The notes under the pieces: model-generated
Told to the model about the DNA's origin: nothing
What the model saw: only the letters and a program-made list of their open reading frames with translations
The model's database searches: none
Part shown: piece after piece, positions 22,952 through 32,316 of the stretch
How the letters are laid out: each line of letters opens with the position of its first letter
Numbering within the stretch: the first letter of the stretch is position 1
Made by a program: the position numbers and the translations under genes
Origin: an uncultured Holdemania sp.
GTDB taxonomy: Bacteria > Bacillota_I > Bacilli_A > Erysipelotrichales > Erysipelotrichaceae
DNA: 64,000 bases
Assembly (NCBI GenBank): GCA_964369385.1
Contig: CAYJEY010000002.1
Location: 122,472 to 186,471 of the forward strand
Reading direction: 5' to 3'

Positions 22952-23725
22952 TTATTGAACTTCCATTTTTTTATCGATAATAAAGTAAGTAAGGAAGTAG
23001 TAGGCTATCGCAAGCCCAGCTTGAATTGAACCACCAAACCATAGCACATTTGTGACATGTTCAATCGACTCATATATATTCAATGGATAGAAATAGTTGA
23101 AATCCATTGAATTTATTGACTCATTGATATTTCCTACGAGAATTGAAATGAAGAAGAAGAAAAATATTGACCAAAATGTCCTATGACTGCGAATAAATGA
23201 TGAGTTTGCAAGGGAAATTGACAAGAAAACAAGAGTAATAAAATTAAAAGCACTCATCACGTAATAAAAATATCCAGCTGTAGGCAGTATTCCGAATAAA
23301 TCAGAAACGACATCAAAGAAATATTTACTAAAATTCCCTTCTACAAGCAAAATCAAGGTAATAAAACCAAAAATCAATACAAGAGTCGAAATTACAATCC
23401 ACAAAAAACTAGAAACTAGCTTAGCTAGAATAATTTGATGAGTATTTACAGGCAACGTATGTGTTAGCGCAGCTCCTTTTCCATACATGGAGTTTGAGTA
23501 GTTTTTGGAAATGACAATAAATGAACCAATCATGATTCCAATGGCTGTAAAGGTAAAGGCAGTAAGTAAAATGCCTGAAATCAACTCTTCTGTATCAGAA
23601 GTAACAACACCATATCCAATATCAAAGTTAAGACCACATAAGATAGCTAGAATTAAGTACCCTACAAAAATTGCGATAAAACCTCGCCATGATTGTATAA
23701 TCTCATATTTCATTAATTTTAACAT
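22952..23725 (-). CDS. ABC-2 type transporter permease
   Basis: 257 aa six-TM membrane protein translationally coupled to the upstream ATPase. Confidence 0.6.
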   Translation of the reverse strand: MLKLMKYEIIQSWRGFIAIFVGYLILAILCGLNFDIGYGVVTSDTEELISGILLTAFTFTAIGIMIGSFIVISKNYSNSMYGKGAALTHTLPVNTHQIILAKLVSSFLWIVISTLVLIFGFITLILLVEGNFSKYFFDVVSDLFGILPTAGYFYYVMSAFNFITLVFLSISLANSSFIRSHRTFWSIFFFFFISILVGNINESINSMDFNYFYPLNIYESIEHVTNVLWFGGSIQAGLAIAYYFLTYFIIDKKMEVQ

Positions 23726-24420
23726 CTGAATACCTCCCTGAAGTTTTCATCTACAGATTTTCCAGTTTCAATACGTATTTCCTCGGCATCGCGATGTAAT
23801 ACAACTTGTCCATCTTTCAAGAAGATAACTTCATCAAAGATTTTCTCAATATCAGTAATTAGGTGTGTGGACAATAGAATCATGCTCTCTTCACCACAGT
23901 TATTTAAAATTATTTCTAGAATTAATTCACGTGCTGCTGGGTCTACACCACCGATGGGTTCATCTAATATATAGATTGATGCTTTACGACTCATCACAAG
24001 AGTAAGTTGAAACTTCTCTCTCATCCCCTTAGACAATGTTTTAATTTTAAGGTTTGAATCTAAACCTAAACGATTTAATAATTTATTTGCATTTACTAAA
24101 TCAAAGTCTGCATACAAATCAGCAAACAAGTTTAAACCATCTTTAATCTTCATCCAGTCACTAAAATAACTTTCATCTGGTAGATAAGATATAATAGCTT
24201 TTGATTTCGACCCAATTGGATTACCATCAATACGAATACTTCCTTGATAATCTCTTAATAAACCATTAATAATCTTAATAAGTGTTGTTTTTCCACTTCC
24301 GTTAGGACCTAATAATCCGATAATTTTATTCGTACTTAAGTCTAAATTAACATTGTATAATGCTGATTTTTTTCCATAATTCTTACATAAGTTTTGAATA
24401 GAAATAATTGACTTCCCCAT
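23719..24420 (-). CDS. ABC transporter ATP-binding protein
   Basis: A Walker A (GPNGSGKTT), the ABC signature (LSKGMREK) and a Walker B (ILDEP). Confidence 0.88.
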   Translation of the reverse strand: MGKSIISIQNLCKNYGKKSALYNVNLDLSTNKIIGLLGPNGSGKTTLIKIINGLLRDYQGSIRIDGNPIGSKSKAIISYLPDESYFSDWMKIKDGLNLFADLYADFDLVNANKLLNRLGLDSNLKIKTLSKGMREKFQLTLVMSRKASIYILDEPIGGVDPAARELILEIILNNCGEESMILLSTHLITDIEKIFDEVIFLKDGQVVLHRDAEEIRIETGKSVDENFREVFRC

Positions 24421-24423
24421 ATT

Positions 24424-24783
24424 TTAAATCTCCTTTTCTTTTGTTAAGGCTTGAACTCCATCCTCAACTGTTAAGCCTAGTTGTTTGAGGTCATGAATAA
24501 AAGTATTTATGCAAACTTGAAGCATATGCAGTTTGCATTCTTCAATTTGTTGAGCCGTTGCATTAATGAAACGCCCTGCTGTGCGCTCACTACATACAAA
24601 ATTCTCGCGTTCTAGTTCTTGCATAGACCTTTGTATCGTATTTGGATTGACCCCATATTCGATTGCTAAATCACGTACAGAAGATAGCTTATCTTCGTAC
24701 TTGTAGGTACCGTTGATGATTTTAAGTTTGATGTCGTGTGATACTTGAAGATAGATTGGCTGTGTTGAATTAAATTCCATAAT
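24424..24783 (-). CDS. GntR family regulator, YtrA subfamily
   Basis: A GntR winged HTH (SVRDLAIEYGVNPNTIQRSMQELE) with a short C-terminal domain. It lies immediately upstream of the ABC ATPase and permease, a YtrA-like operon. The start is taken as MEFN. Confidence 0.75.
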   Translation of the reverse strand: MMEFNSTQPIYLQVSHDIKLKIINGTYKYEDKLSSVRDLAIEYGVNPNTIQRSMQELERENFVCSERTAGRFINATAQQIEECKLHMLQVCINTFIHDLKQLGLTVEDGVQALTKEKEI

Positions 24784-24878
24784 ATCACCTCTTATTGTAT
24801 TAACACAATAATACAGTAACATAGATATTAAGTTTTTGTCAATAAAAAATGCAATGATCAATTCATTGCACTTTAATA

Positions 24879-25493
24879 TTATTCTGATTCTTTGCTATAA
24901 ATGATTTTAAGATGGCGGTCTTTTCCTTCCCCTTCACTTTGAGTCTTGATATTTTTTATATCCGTCAAAGCTTGGTGAATTACTTTACGTTCATCATTTG
25001 GCATTGGATCAAGTGTTGCCGTCACTTTTGTACGTTGTACTGTTTTTGCAATACGTTTTGCCATACTAATTAATTTGTCATAACGACTTTCTTTGTAGTT
25101 GTTGATATCAACTAAAACAGAGAAACGACGTTTGAACATTGCATTTGTTGCACTACGTACAACTGAGTTAATTGCTTGTAGTGTTTGTCCATTTTTACCA
25201 ATGATAACTGCATTGTTTTCTGCATTCAACATTACTTTAAAGAAGTCAACATCTTGGAAAATTTCAATTTCGATATCAATATTAAGGTTTGTAAAGAAAT
25301 TTCCTAGGTATTCAAATAAGAATTCTTTTACATCATTTAAACAATACACATCGGCACTAACACTGTTTCCAAGTCCAAATAACCCTTTTTTTTCTTCTGT
25401 TACGAAGTAAGTAAGTTCTGATATTTCAACTTGCTTTTCTTCTGCAGCTAATTTTAATAGTTCTTCGAGTGATTTAGCAGAATAATTTTTCAT
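24879..25493 (-). CDS. khpB: Jag/KhpB RNA-binding protein (KH plus R3H)
   Basis: It follows yidC as in Bacillus (spoIIIJ-jag). A C-terminal R3H motif is present. Confidence 0.8.
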   Translation of the reverse strand: MKNYSAKSLEELLKLAAEEKQVEISELTYFVTEEKKGLFGLGNSVSADVYCLNDVKEFLFEYLGNFFTNLNIDIEIEIFQDVDFFKVMLNAENNAVIIGKNGQTLQAINSVVRSATNAMFKRRFSVLVDINNYKESRYDKLISMAKRIAKTVQRTKVTATLDPMPNDERKVIHQALTDIKNIKTQSEGEGKDRHLKIIYSKESE

Positions 25494-25504
25494 AAGTAGT
25501 TCTC

Positions 25505-26353
25505 CTATTTCTCTTTAATAAGTACGTATTGAACAAGTAGTGTTTTTGCAACATTAACCAGAGCACTAATAATCCAGTAAACGACCATCGCAGCTGGCAT
25601 TGCAAGCGCCATAACAATGAACATTACCATCATGTAGTACATCATGTTTTGTGCAGGATTTTTAGCTTTAACGTATTTTCTTCCTTCATTAGCAGCTTTT
25701 TGTTTTGCTTTGCGCTCAGCTACCATAGTTGGAATTCTGAATGAGAAGAATTGACAAATCGCCATAACTATAAATAAGATAACATATCCATATTCACCGT
25801 TTGAGAATCCAGTCATTGGTGTTTGTTCTAATGATAATCCCATAAACACCCCAGTTTTTACTGCTTCTGCACGCTGTACAGCATGATAAATCGCAAGTAG
25901 GATTGGAAGTTGAATGAACATTGTTACAATTGAACCAAGAGGATTAATTCCATGTTTAGAATAAAGTGCTTGCATTTCTTGCGCTTTTTTCATTTGAGAT
26001 TGTTGATCTTTTAAACCTTCATATTTCTTTTCGATTTTACTTAATTCAGGTTGTAGTGTTTGCATTTTTTGTGTTGCTACAGTAGATTTTAAAGTTAGTA
26101 ACATTACAGCTGCATTTACGATAATTGTGATTACCGCTACAGCTCCTGCAACACCTAAAATTGGCGATAAAGAGTTAATTCCTTTAGCTAATGGATAAAT
26201 GAAGAAGGATTCCCACCAACCTTCAGTGTCCATCATGATTTGTAGTGTTGTTTCATCTGTAATTGCTGGTGCATCTGCAGAACTAGTACACCCAGATAGG
26301 ACAAGCATTCCTCCCACAACTACAAGAAGTAATAATAGCTTTTTGTTTTTCAT
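25505..26353 (-). CDS. yidC: membrane protein insertase YidC/OxaA lipoprotein
   Basis: A lipobox (LVLSGC) and a conserved YidC core. The gene lies downstream of rnpA. Confidence 0.88.
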   Translation of the reverse strand: MKNKKLLLLLVVVGGMLVLSGCTSSADAPAITDETTLQIMMDTEGWWESFFIYPLAKGINSLSPILGVAGAVAVITIIVNAAVMLLTLKSTVATQKMQTLQPELSKIEKKYEGLKDQQSQMKKAQEMQALYSKHGINPLGSIVTMFIQLPILLAIYHAVQRAEAVKTGVFMGLSLEQTPMTGFSNGEYGYVILFIVMAICQFFSFRIPTMVAERKAKQKAANEGRKYVKAKNPAQNMMYYMMVMFIVMALAMPAAMVVYWIISALVNVAKTLLVQYVLIKEK

Positions 26354-26395
26354 TGAAATCTCCTTTGTTTTAAGACTTGATGTCTTTTTAGGTCA

Positions 26396-26725
26396 CTATC
26401 TTATTCTAACGTTTTTGAAGCAACTTTCCAAGTCTTTTTTGTTTTGCTGATAAGATTGTGAAGAATAAGCATTTCGTGCGATGATAATTGCATCATAAGG
26501 ATAGCTTTGGCTAGCCATTTCCTGAAGCATCATTCGAAGTTGACGTTTGATTTTATTGCGTTGTACGGCATTGCCCAATTTTTTAGATACAGAAATTCCT
26601 ACTCTTGCATGTTCTTCGCATTTTTTTGCACAATAGATGACAACACTTGGTTTAGCACTATATTGTTTTTTGCTCATAATGGATTGGAATTCTTGTGTCT
26701 TTTTAATACGATATTCTTTTTTCAT
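26396..26725 (-). CDS. rnpA: ribonuclease P protein component
   Basis: 109 aa basic protein in the position between rpmH and yidC. Confidence 0.88.
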   Translation of the reverse strand: MKKEYRIKKTQEFQSIMSKKQYSAKPSVVIYCAKKCEEHARVGISVSKKLGNAVQRNKIKRQLRMMLQEMASQSYPYDAIIIARNAYSSQSYQQNKKDLESCFKNVRIR

Positions 26726-26761
26726 AATTAATTAATAAAAAAGTCACCCGTAGGTGACTTC

Positions 26762-26896
26762 TTATGCCGACAATGTCTTTCTGCCTTTGCTACGGCGGCG
26801 TGCTAATACTTTGCGACCTCCGACCGTTTTCATGCGGGCTCTGAAACCGTGGACTTTTTGGTGTTTTCTTTTGCTCGGTTGATATGTTCTTTTCAT
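26762..26896 (-). CDS. rpmH: 50S ribosomal protein L34
   Basis: Not in the ORF track because it is below the size cutoff. Reverse translation gives [56 protein letters not shown] lies upstream. Confidence 0.92.
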   Translation of the reverse strand: MKRTYQPSKRKHQKVHGFRARMKTVGGRKVLARRRSKGRKTLSA

Positions 26897-27306
26897 AAAG
26901 AGCCACCTCCAGTTCTATTTTTTATACAATATTGAGCAATTGCTTGTAAATTATAATATAGAAGTTACCTAAAAGTCAAACAAAATAATTAGAAACTTAA
27001 TTGATACAAGGCAGTTATCCTTTATATTTAATTAATATGAGGACAAAAGTACAAGATAAGCTGAGAATAATGAGTAAATTCTATATAAATTCAAATATAT
27101 TTGTTGCAAGAAATCTAGCTTAAACAACAAATAATTTACACTTAATTTTAAAAAATGTTTGAAATATAGGTGTTTTAGCTAAAATGAAATACAAATTTAA
27201 ATATTGATAAAAAAATTGAATAGAAACATTCCATTAGAATAAGATAATATTTTAACAATATTCTAAATCTTATGATATTATATTAAAGTCAAATGGAGGA
27301 TATCAA

Positions 27307-28875
27307 ATGAATAAAAAACCAGTAGTATTAGTAGTTATGGATGGTGTTGGGATTTCTAGCAATGAACTAGGGAATGCTGTAGTAAATGCATATACACCTG
27401 AACTTGATAACTTAATGAACAATTATCCTTGTGCGGCAATCAAAGCACATGGTACAGCAGTTGGATTACCAAGCGATGAAGACATGGGAAATTCAGAAGT
27501 AGGACACAATGCATTGGGTTGTGGTCAAGTTTATAGTCAAGGGGCAAAACTTGTAAATGAGAGCATTGAAACAGGATCAATTTTCGAGTCAGAAACTTGG
27601 AAAGCTTTAGTTGAAAATGCAAAAGGTCACACATTCCATTTTATTGGATTGCTTTCAGATGGTAATGTTCATAGTAACATTAGCCACTTAATTGCAATGT
27701 TAACACAACTTAAAAAAGAAGGTGTGAAAACAGTTCGCTTACATGCCTTGTTAGATGGCCGCGATGTACCGGCAACTTCTGGACTTGAATATGTAAACCA
27801 AATCGAAGATCATATGGCTTCACTAAATGATGCTGACTTTGATGCTCGTATTGCATCAGGTGGTGGAAGAATGACAATCACGATGGACCGTTATGAAGCA
27901 AACTGGCCAATGGTTGAAGCAGGATGGAAAACTCACGTTTTAGGAGAAGGACGCCAATTTGAATCACCAACTCAAGCAATCGAAACATTCCGTAATGAAT
28001 TAGGTGTGGGAGATCAAGATTTACCGGCATTCGTAATTGTAGATGATGAAAAACCAGTGGGTACAATTGAAGATCATGATTCAGTAGTATTATTTAACTT
28101 TAGAGGAGATCGTGCACAAGAAATTTCAAAAGCATTTGACGATGTAGAATTCAGTGCGTTTGATCGTGTAAGACATCCGCAAGTGATGTATGCAGGGATG
28201 TTGCAATATGATGCTGATTTAAATATTCCAAAATTATATCTAGCAAATCCTCCAAAAATTAAAAACACAATGTCTGAATTCCTAGTAGGAAAAGGAATTC
28301 GCTCATATGCAATTTCTGAAACGCAAAAATTTGGACATGTAACTTATTTTTGGAATGGAAATCGTTCTGAGAAATTTGATGAAAAATTAGAAACATGGGT
28401 TGAAATTGCATCGGATGTAGTACCATTTGATCAACGTCCATGGATGAAGTCTGCAGAAGTTACTGATGAATTAGTAAAGGCAATCGAATCAAATGAATTT
28501 GATTTCCTACGTTGTAATTACCCTAATGGAGATATGGTTGGACATACAGGAAACTACGCGAGCACAATTATCGGAGTGGAATCAGTAGATATCGCATTAA
28601 GTCGTGTTATTCAAGCATGTGAAAAAGTAGGAGCAATATTAGTTGTAACTGCTGATCATGGAAATGCTGATGAAATGTATGAAAAATCAAAAGATCCTAG
28701 TAAAGCACCTAAACCGAAAACAGCACATACATTAAATAAAGTACCATTTATTGTAAGAGGTGCAGATGTTGCATTTAAAGAAGGAGACTTCGGATTAAGT
28801 AATGTCGCGTCAACGGTTGTAGAGTTAATGGGATTTGAAGCACCTGAAAACTGGGACGAAAGTATCATTAAGTAA
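27307..28875 (+). CDS. gpmI: 2,3-bisphosphoglycerate-independent phosphoglycerate mutase
   Basis: 522 aa with iPGM motifs (VVMDGVGIS; SEVGHNALG; GGRMT). Confidence 0.92.
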   Translation: MNKKPVVLVVMDGVGISSNELGNAVVNAYTPELDNLMNNYPCAAIKAHGTAVGLPSDEDMGNSEVGHNALGCGQVYSQGAKLVNESIETGSIFESETWKALVENAKGHTFHFIGLLSDGNVHSNISHLIAMLTQLKKEGVKTVRLHALLDGRDVPATSGLEYVNQIEDHMASLNDADFDARIASGGGRMTITMDRYEANWPMVEAGWKTHVLGEGRQFESPTQAIETFRNELGVGDQDLPAFVIVDDEKPVGTIEDHDSVVLFNFRGDRAQEISKAFDDVEFSAFDRVRHPQVMYAGMLQYDADLNIPKLYLANPPKIKNTMSEFLVGKGIRSYAISETQKFGHVTYFWNGNRSEKFDEKLETWVEIASDVVPFDQRPWMKSAEVTDELVKAIESNEFDFLRCNYPNGDMVGHTGNYASTIIGVESVDIALSRVIQACEKVGAILVVTADHGNADEMYEKSKDPSKAPKPKTAHTLNKVPFIVRGADVAFKEGDFGLSNVASTVVELMGFEAPENWDESIIK

Positions 28876-28881
28876 AAAGTT

Positions 28882-28903
28882 AAAGACTGCTAAGGCAGTC
28901 TTT
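28882..28903 (+). terminator. intrinsic terminator after gpmI
   Basis: Stem AAAGACTGC...GCAGTCTTT followed by a T-rich run. Confidence 0.55.
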
Positions 28904-29033
28904 GTTTCATATAAGGTAAAATTGAACTCTTCATGTTATCTATAAAAAATAGAATTTATAGTTGAAATAAGTAGTATTATATTGAATTTAAAAACTTGAT
29001 TTGATACGATAAATACTAAAGAGAGGGAAGAAA

Positions 29034-29654
29034 ATGAAGTTAAATAATAAAGGTTTTACACTTGTTGAATTAATTATTGTGGTTGCGATTATTGCGGTAC
29101 TTGCTACAGTACTTGCTCCACAATATTTACAATATGTAGAACGTAGTCGTGAATCAAACGATACACAAGTTGCACAAATGTTAAATGACGCGGCAGTGCT
29201 TGCAATTGCAGATCCAGCTAATGGAATTCCATCCAATCGATTTATTGAAGTACTATGGGCGACTGGTCCAGAATCAGCAGCAGGAACAGATGGAGCGTTA
29301 CTTATTCGATATCCATCTTCAGCAGGACGAATTTCAGTTTTTAATGATACAAGTAACACAGCTGATAATGTTGCCCCAATGGCATCAGGAGACGGAAGCA
29401 TTGAGAAATTTTCCAGTGCAATCATTGAAACATTTGGTGTCGAAATGCAATCAGCAAGTGCTGTAGTTAGTGGTATAGGGCAAGGATATATTGGTTTTAT
29501 TGGAGATGCGCAGTCTAAAATTGGAAATTCTACTATTCTTTGTTTTCATATCAACACTTCAACTGGTGAGGTAGCACTTGCCAAACATAGCTTATCAACG
29601 GCATCTGTAAATGAATGGCTAAAACTTGGATTTGATGCTACACCAGCACCATAA
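29034..29654 (+). CDS. type IV pilin / pseudopilin-like protein (prepilin N-terminal methylation domain)
   Basis: Class III signal peptide MKLNNKG|FTLVELIIVVAIIAVLA, with the characteristic G|FTLxE cleavage and methylation site. Confidence 0.72.
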   Translation: MKLNNKGFTLVELIIVVAIIAVLATVLAPQYLQYVERSRESNDTQVAQMLNDAAVLAIADPANGIPSNRFIEVLWATGPESAAGTDGALLIRYPSSAGRISVFNDTSNTADNVAPMASGDGSIEKFSSAIIETFGVEMQSASAVVSGIGQGYIGFIGDAQSKIGNSTILCFHINTSTGEVALAKHSLSTASVNEWLKLGFDATPAP

Positions 29655-29700
29655 AATAATGGAATATAGTATATATTCTGTAAAATTATTGTATTTAAAC

Positions 29701-29721
29701 AAAAAACCCGTGAGGGTTTTT
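29701..29721. terminator. bidirectional terminator between convergent genes
   Basis: AAAAAACCCGTGAGGGTTTTT: a GC-rich stem flanked by an A-run and a T-run. Confidence 0.6.
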
Positions 29722-29724
29722 ATT

Positions 29725-30423
29725 TTATTCAGATATAGTTGATTGAGTTTCAATTGTCTTTTTTATCTCGAAAGAGTAAATATAATTAAAGATGATGTAG
29801 GAGAAAAAATAGATAGTAGCAATGATGATTGTGAAGATAACGGCAAAGCGATCTAAATCAGCTACAAGGGTACGAAGCAAGTGCAGTGGCTCAGTAATAT
29901 CCCATGAGTTAAATCGTAAGAAACGTCCAATATAAACGCCATATCCACAAAGTAAACTAATTATTCCACTAAAGATAATATCTAATATTTTATTCCACTT
30001 TATTGGAATGCTATGGTGGACAAGAGCAGTAGAGTATAAACCATAGATTAATGCTAAGAAGATTCCCGAGGATACATATAGCAATTCAACCCAACCATCC
30101 AAATCGGCTAGGTATGTGCCATCATTTCCAATCAAAGTAGTTGAATCTAGATGGATCAAGTCTGTCAGCATATAGCTCGCATTAGGTAGAAACAAAATCC
30201 ATGCTCCCATCGTAAAGAAACAAAGAAAATGAAATTTTTTATTATAGTGTTGAATAAGAAATGTTCCAAATGCAAACAGGATTGGGATGAAGGCTAGAAT
30301 GATATTCCAAAATAGCCAAGGTAAGTTTAAGTAAACATAGCGATTAATAAAAATTCCAGATAAACAATAAATTGCAGATATTGCAACTATGATTAAAAAT
30401 ATATATGTATTTTTTTTTAGCAT
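29725..30423 (-). CDS. integral membrane protein (DUF1361-like, recalled from memory)
   Basis: A 232 aa polytopic membrane protein. The LPNASYMLTDL motif resembles DUF1361 as I remember that family. Confidence 0.45.
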   Translation of the reverse strand: MLKKNTYIFLIIVAISAIYCLSGIFINRYVYLNLPWLFWNIILAFIPILFAFGTFLIQHYNKKFHFLCFFTMGAWILFLPNASYMLTDLIHLDSTTLIGNDGTYLADLDGWVELLYVSSGIFLALIYGLYSTALVHHSIPIKWNKILDIIFSGIISLLCGYGVYIGRFLRFNSWDITEPLHLLRTLVADLDRFAVIFTIIIATIYFFSYIIFNYIYSFEIKKTIETQSTISE

Positions 30424-30533
30424 AAGGACCTCGATTCTTTTTCATTATATCAAAAAAATATGGAAGTGCCTATTTGATATAGACGTAGTTCAACATGTAA
30501 GTTAAGATAATATTCAAGTGGAGGAAGATTAGA

Positions 30534-31673
30534 ATGAAAGAAATTATAAAATTATATAGTCCAACGGTAGTTGAGTTAGTTAGAAAAATGTATGAAAACC
30601 CAGAGTTGGGACGTGAAGAATTTGAAGCAATGAAAAATTGTTGCGAAGTGTTACGGCAAGCTGGATTTCAAGTAAGCGAGAATTATATCGAAGAAACAGG
30701 ATTTCTAGGAGAGTATGATACACAAAAGCCAGGACCAACTATTTCTTTCTTATGTGAATATGATGCTCTACCGGAGGTAGGGCATGGATGTGGACACAAT
30801 CTAATTGCAGGGATTAGTATTTTAGCAGGAATCGCCTTAAAATCTTCGATTGAAAACATTGGAGGAAAAATCTTAGTGATTGGTACTCCCGCTGAAGAGA
30901 ATTTTGGTGGAAAAGTGACAATGGCAGAAGCAGGAATATTTGAAGACATTGATGTCGCTTTGATGATTCATCCAAGTACAGAAAATCGCTTGGGAGGCAG
31001 AACAAATGCAATTAACCCACTCAAATTTGAATTCTTTGGAAAGAATGCACATGGGTGCCGACCACAAGATGGACGAAGTGCTCTTGATGCAGCTGTCCTT
31101 GCATATATGAATATAAACTTATTACGTCAGTTCGCTGAACCAAATACATACATTCATGGAATCATTCGTGAGGGTGGAGAAGCAGCAAATGTGATTCCTG
31201 CTTACGCGTCCATGGAATACTACTTCCGTGGTAGTTCAATGGCTTATGTTGAAGAATTAAGTAAGAAAGCTATTGATTGTGCTAGCGCCGCTGCCCTTGC
31301 GACAGGATGTCGTGTGGAAGTCAGTGTTTATGAAACACCCTACGATGATATGAAGATTAACTATACTTTATGCAGTGCCTTGAAGAAAAAGTATGAAGCA
31401 TTAGGAATAGAAAATATCAAAGCAGTTAATGAGAATCCACAAGGCTCAAGCGATATTGGTGCAGTAAGTTATCGATGCCCTGCTTTACATGGATATATCC
31501 AAATTGCTGACTCAAGTGTTACGGGACACTCAAAGGAGATGGCAGATGCGACAATATCGTTACATGGTGTTGATGCTTTAGAAAAAGGAGCACTTGCCTT
31601 AGCACAAATCGGATATGATTGTATTGTCGATAAAGAGTTTTTAAAAGAAGTGAAAGATGAATTTACTATATAA
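30534..31673 (+). CDS. M20D family amidohydrolase (AbgB / N-acyl-amino acid hydrolase-like)
   Basis: Metal-binding signature GHGCGHN plus the M20 fold. Confidence 0.78.
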   Translation: MKEIIKLYSPTVVELVRKMYENPELGREEFEAMKNCCEVLRQAGFQVSENYIEETGFLGEYDTQKPGPTISFLCEYDALPEVGHGCGHNLIAGISILAGIALKSSIENIGGKILVIGTPAEENFGGKVTMAEAGIFEDIDVALMIHPSTENRLGGRTNAINPLKFEFFGKNAHGCRPQDGRSALDAAVLAYMNINLLRQFAEPNTYIHGIIREGGEAANVIPAYASMEYYFRGSSMAYVEELSKKAIDCASAAALATGCRVEVSVYETPYDDMKINYTLCSALKKKYEALGIENIKAVNENPQGSSDIGAVSYRCPALHGYIQIADSSVTGHSKEMADATISLHGVDALEKGALALAQIGYDCIVDKEFLKEVKDEFTI

Positions 31674-31747
31674 GAAGTTGATGCGTATTTTATGTATTTT
31701 CAACTAAAATATGGTAAAATATGTACATGAAGTAAAGGAGGTGTCCT

Positions 31748-32305
31748 ATGTTTGAATGGATATCTAGTTTAGATAGTTTAGCACAAATATATTTATGGGT
31801 TGCAATAATTGCCACGGTTATCTTAATCATTCAGCTTATCGCTACTCTTATGGGATTCGGCTTTGATATTGACAGTGATTTTGATGTTGCAGATATTGAT
31901 GGAATTTCTTTTCTAACAATTCGCGGAATTATTGCCTTCTTCAGTATTGGTGGATGGGCTGGTTTATGGTTTATAGAAAGCAATCTAAACACTGCAGTAT
32001 CGATTGTTGCGTCTGTTGTCGCTGGGAGTCTTGCTTTAATTGGGGTTGGTTATATGTTGAAGGCTTCGATGAAGCTACAAGAAGATGGAACAAGGGATAT
32101 TCAAAATGCAGTAGGTAAATCTGGAAAAGTCTACTTAACTATTCCTGCAAGCCGTAATGGACAAGGAAAAGTGAGTCTTGTGCTTCAAGGTGTAGCAGTA
32201 GAGGTTGAAGCAATCACTGATGATGAAAGCTCTATCAAAACAAATGAGTTGGTTGAAGTATTATCTGTAGTAAATCATGAGATTGTACTTGTAAAAAGAA
32301 AATAA
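31748..32305 (+). CDS. NfeD-like membrane protein (YuaF-like)
   Basis: N-terminal TM helices and a C-terminal OB-fold beta domain. It lies immediately upstream of flotillin. Confidence 0.65.
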   Translation: MFEWISSLDSLAQIYLWVAIIATVILIIQLIATLMGFGFDIDSDFDVADIDGISFLTIRGIIAFFSIGGWAGLWFIESNLNTAVSIVASVVAGSLALIGVGYMLKASMKLQEDGTRDIQNAVGKSGKVYLTIPASRNGQGKVSLVLQGVAVEVEAITDDESSIKTNELVEVLSVVNHEIVLVKRK

Positions 32306-32316
32306 GAGGATAAATT

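Noticed and set aside
24424-24861. Long N-terminal extension of the GntR ORF (MIIAFFIDKNLISMLLYYCVNTIRGDI...)
   Set aside because: The extension precedes the conserved HTH and is hydrophobic. The start was re-called at MEFN (24783), so it is not a novel domain.
26897-27306. 410-nt AT-rich gap between rpmH and gpmI, checked as a possible second DnaA-box cluster or small gene
   Set aside because: Only weak matches to the box consensus (at most 7 of 9) and no ORF with an RBS. It most likely holds divergent promoters only.
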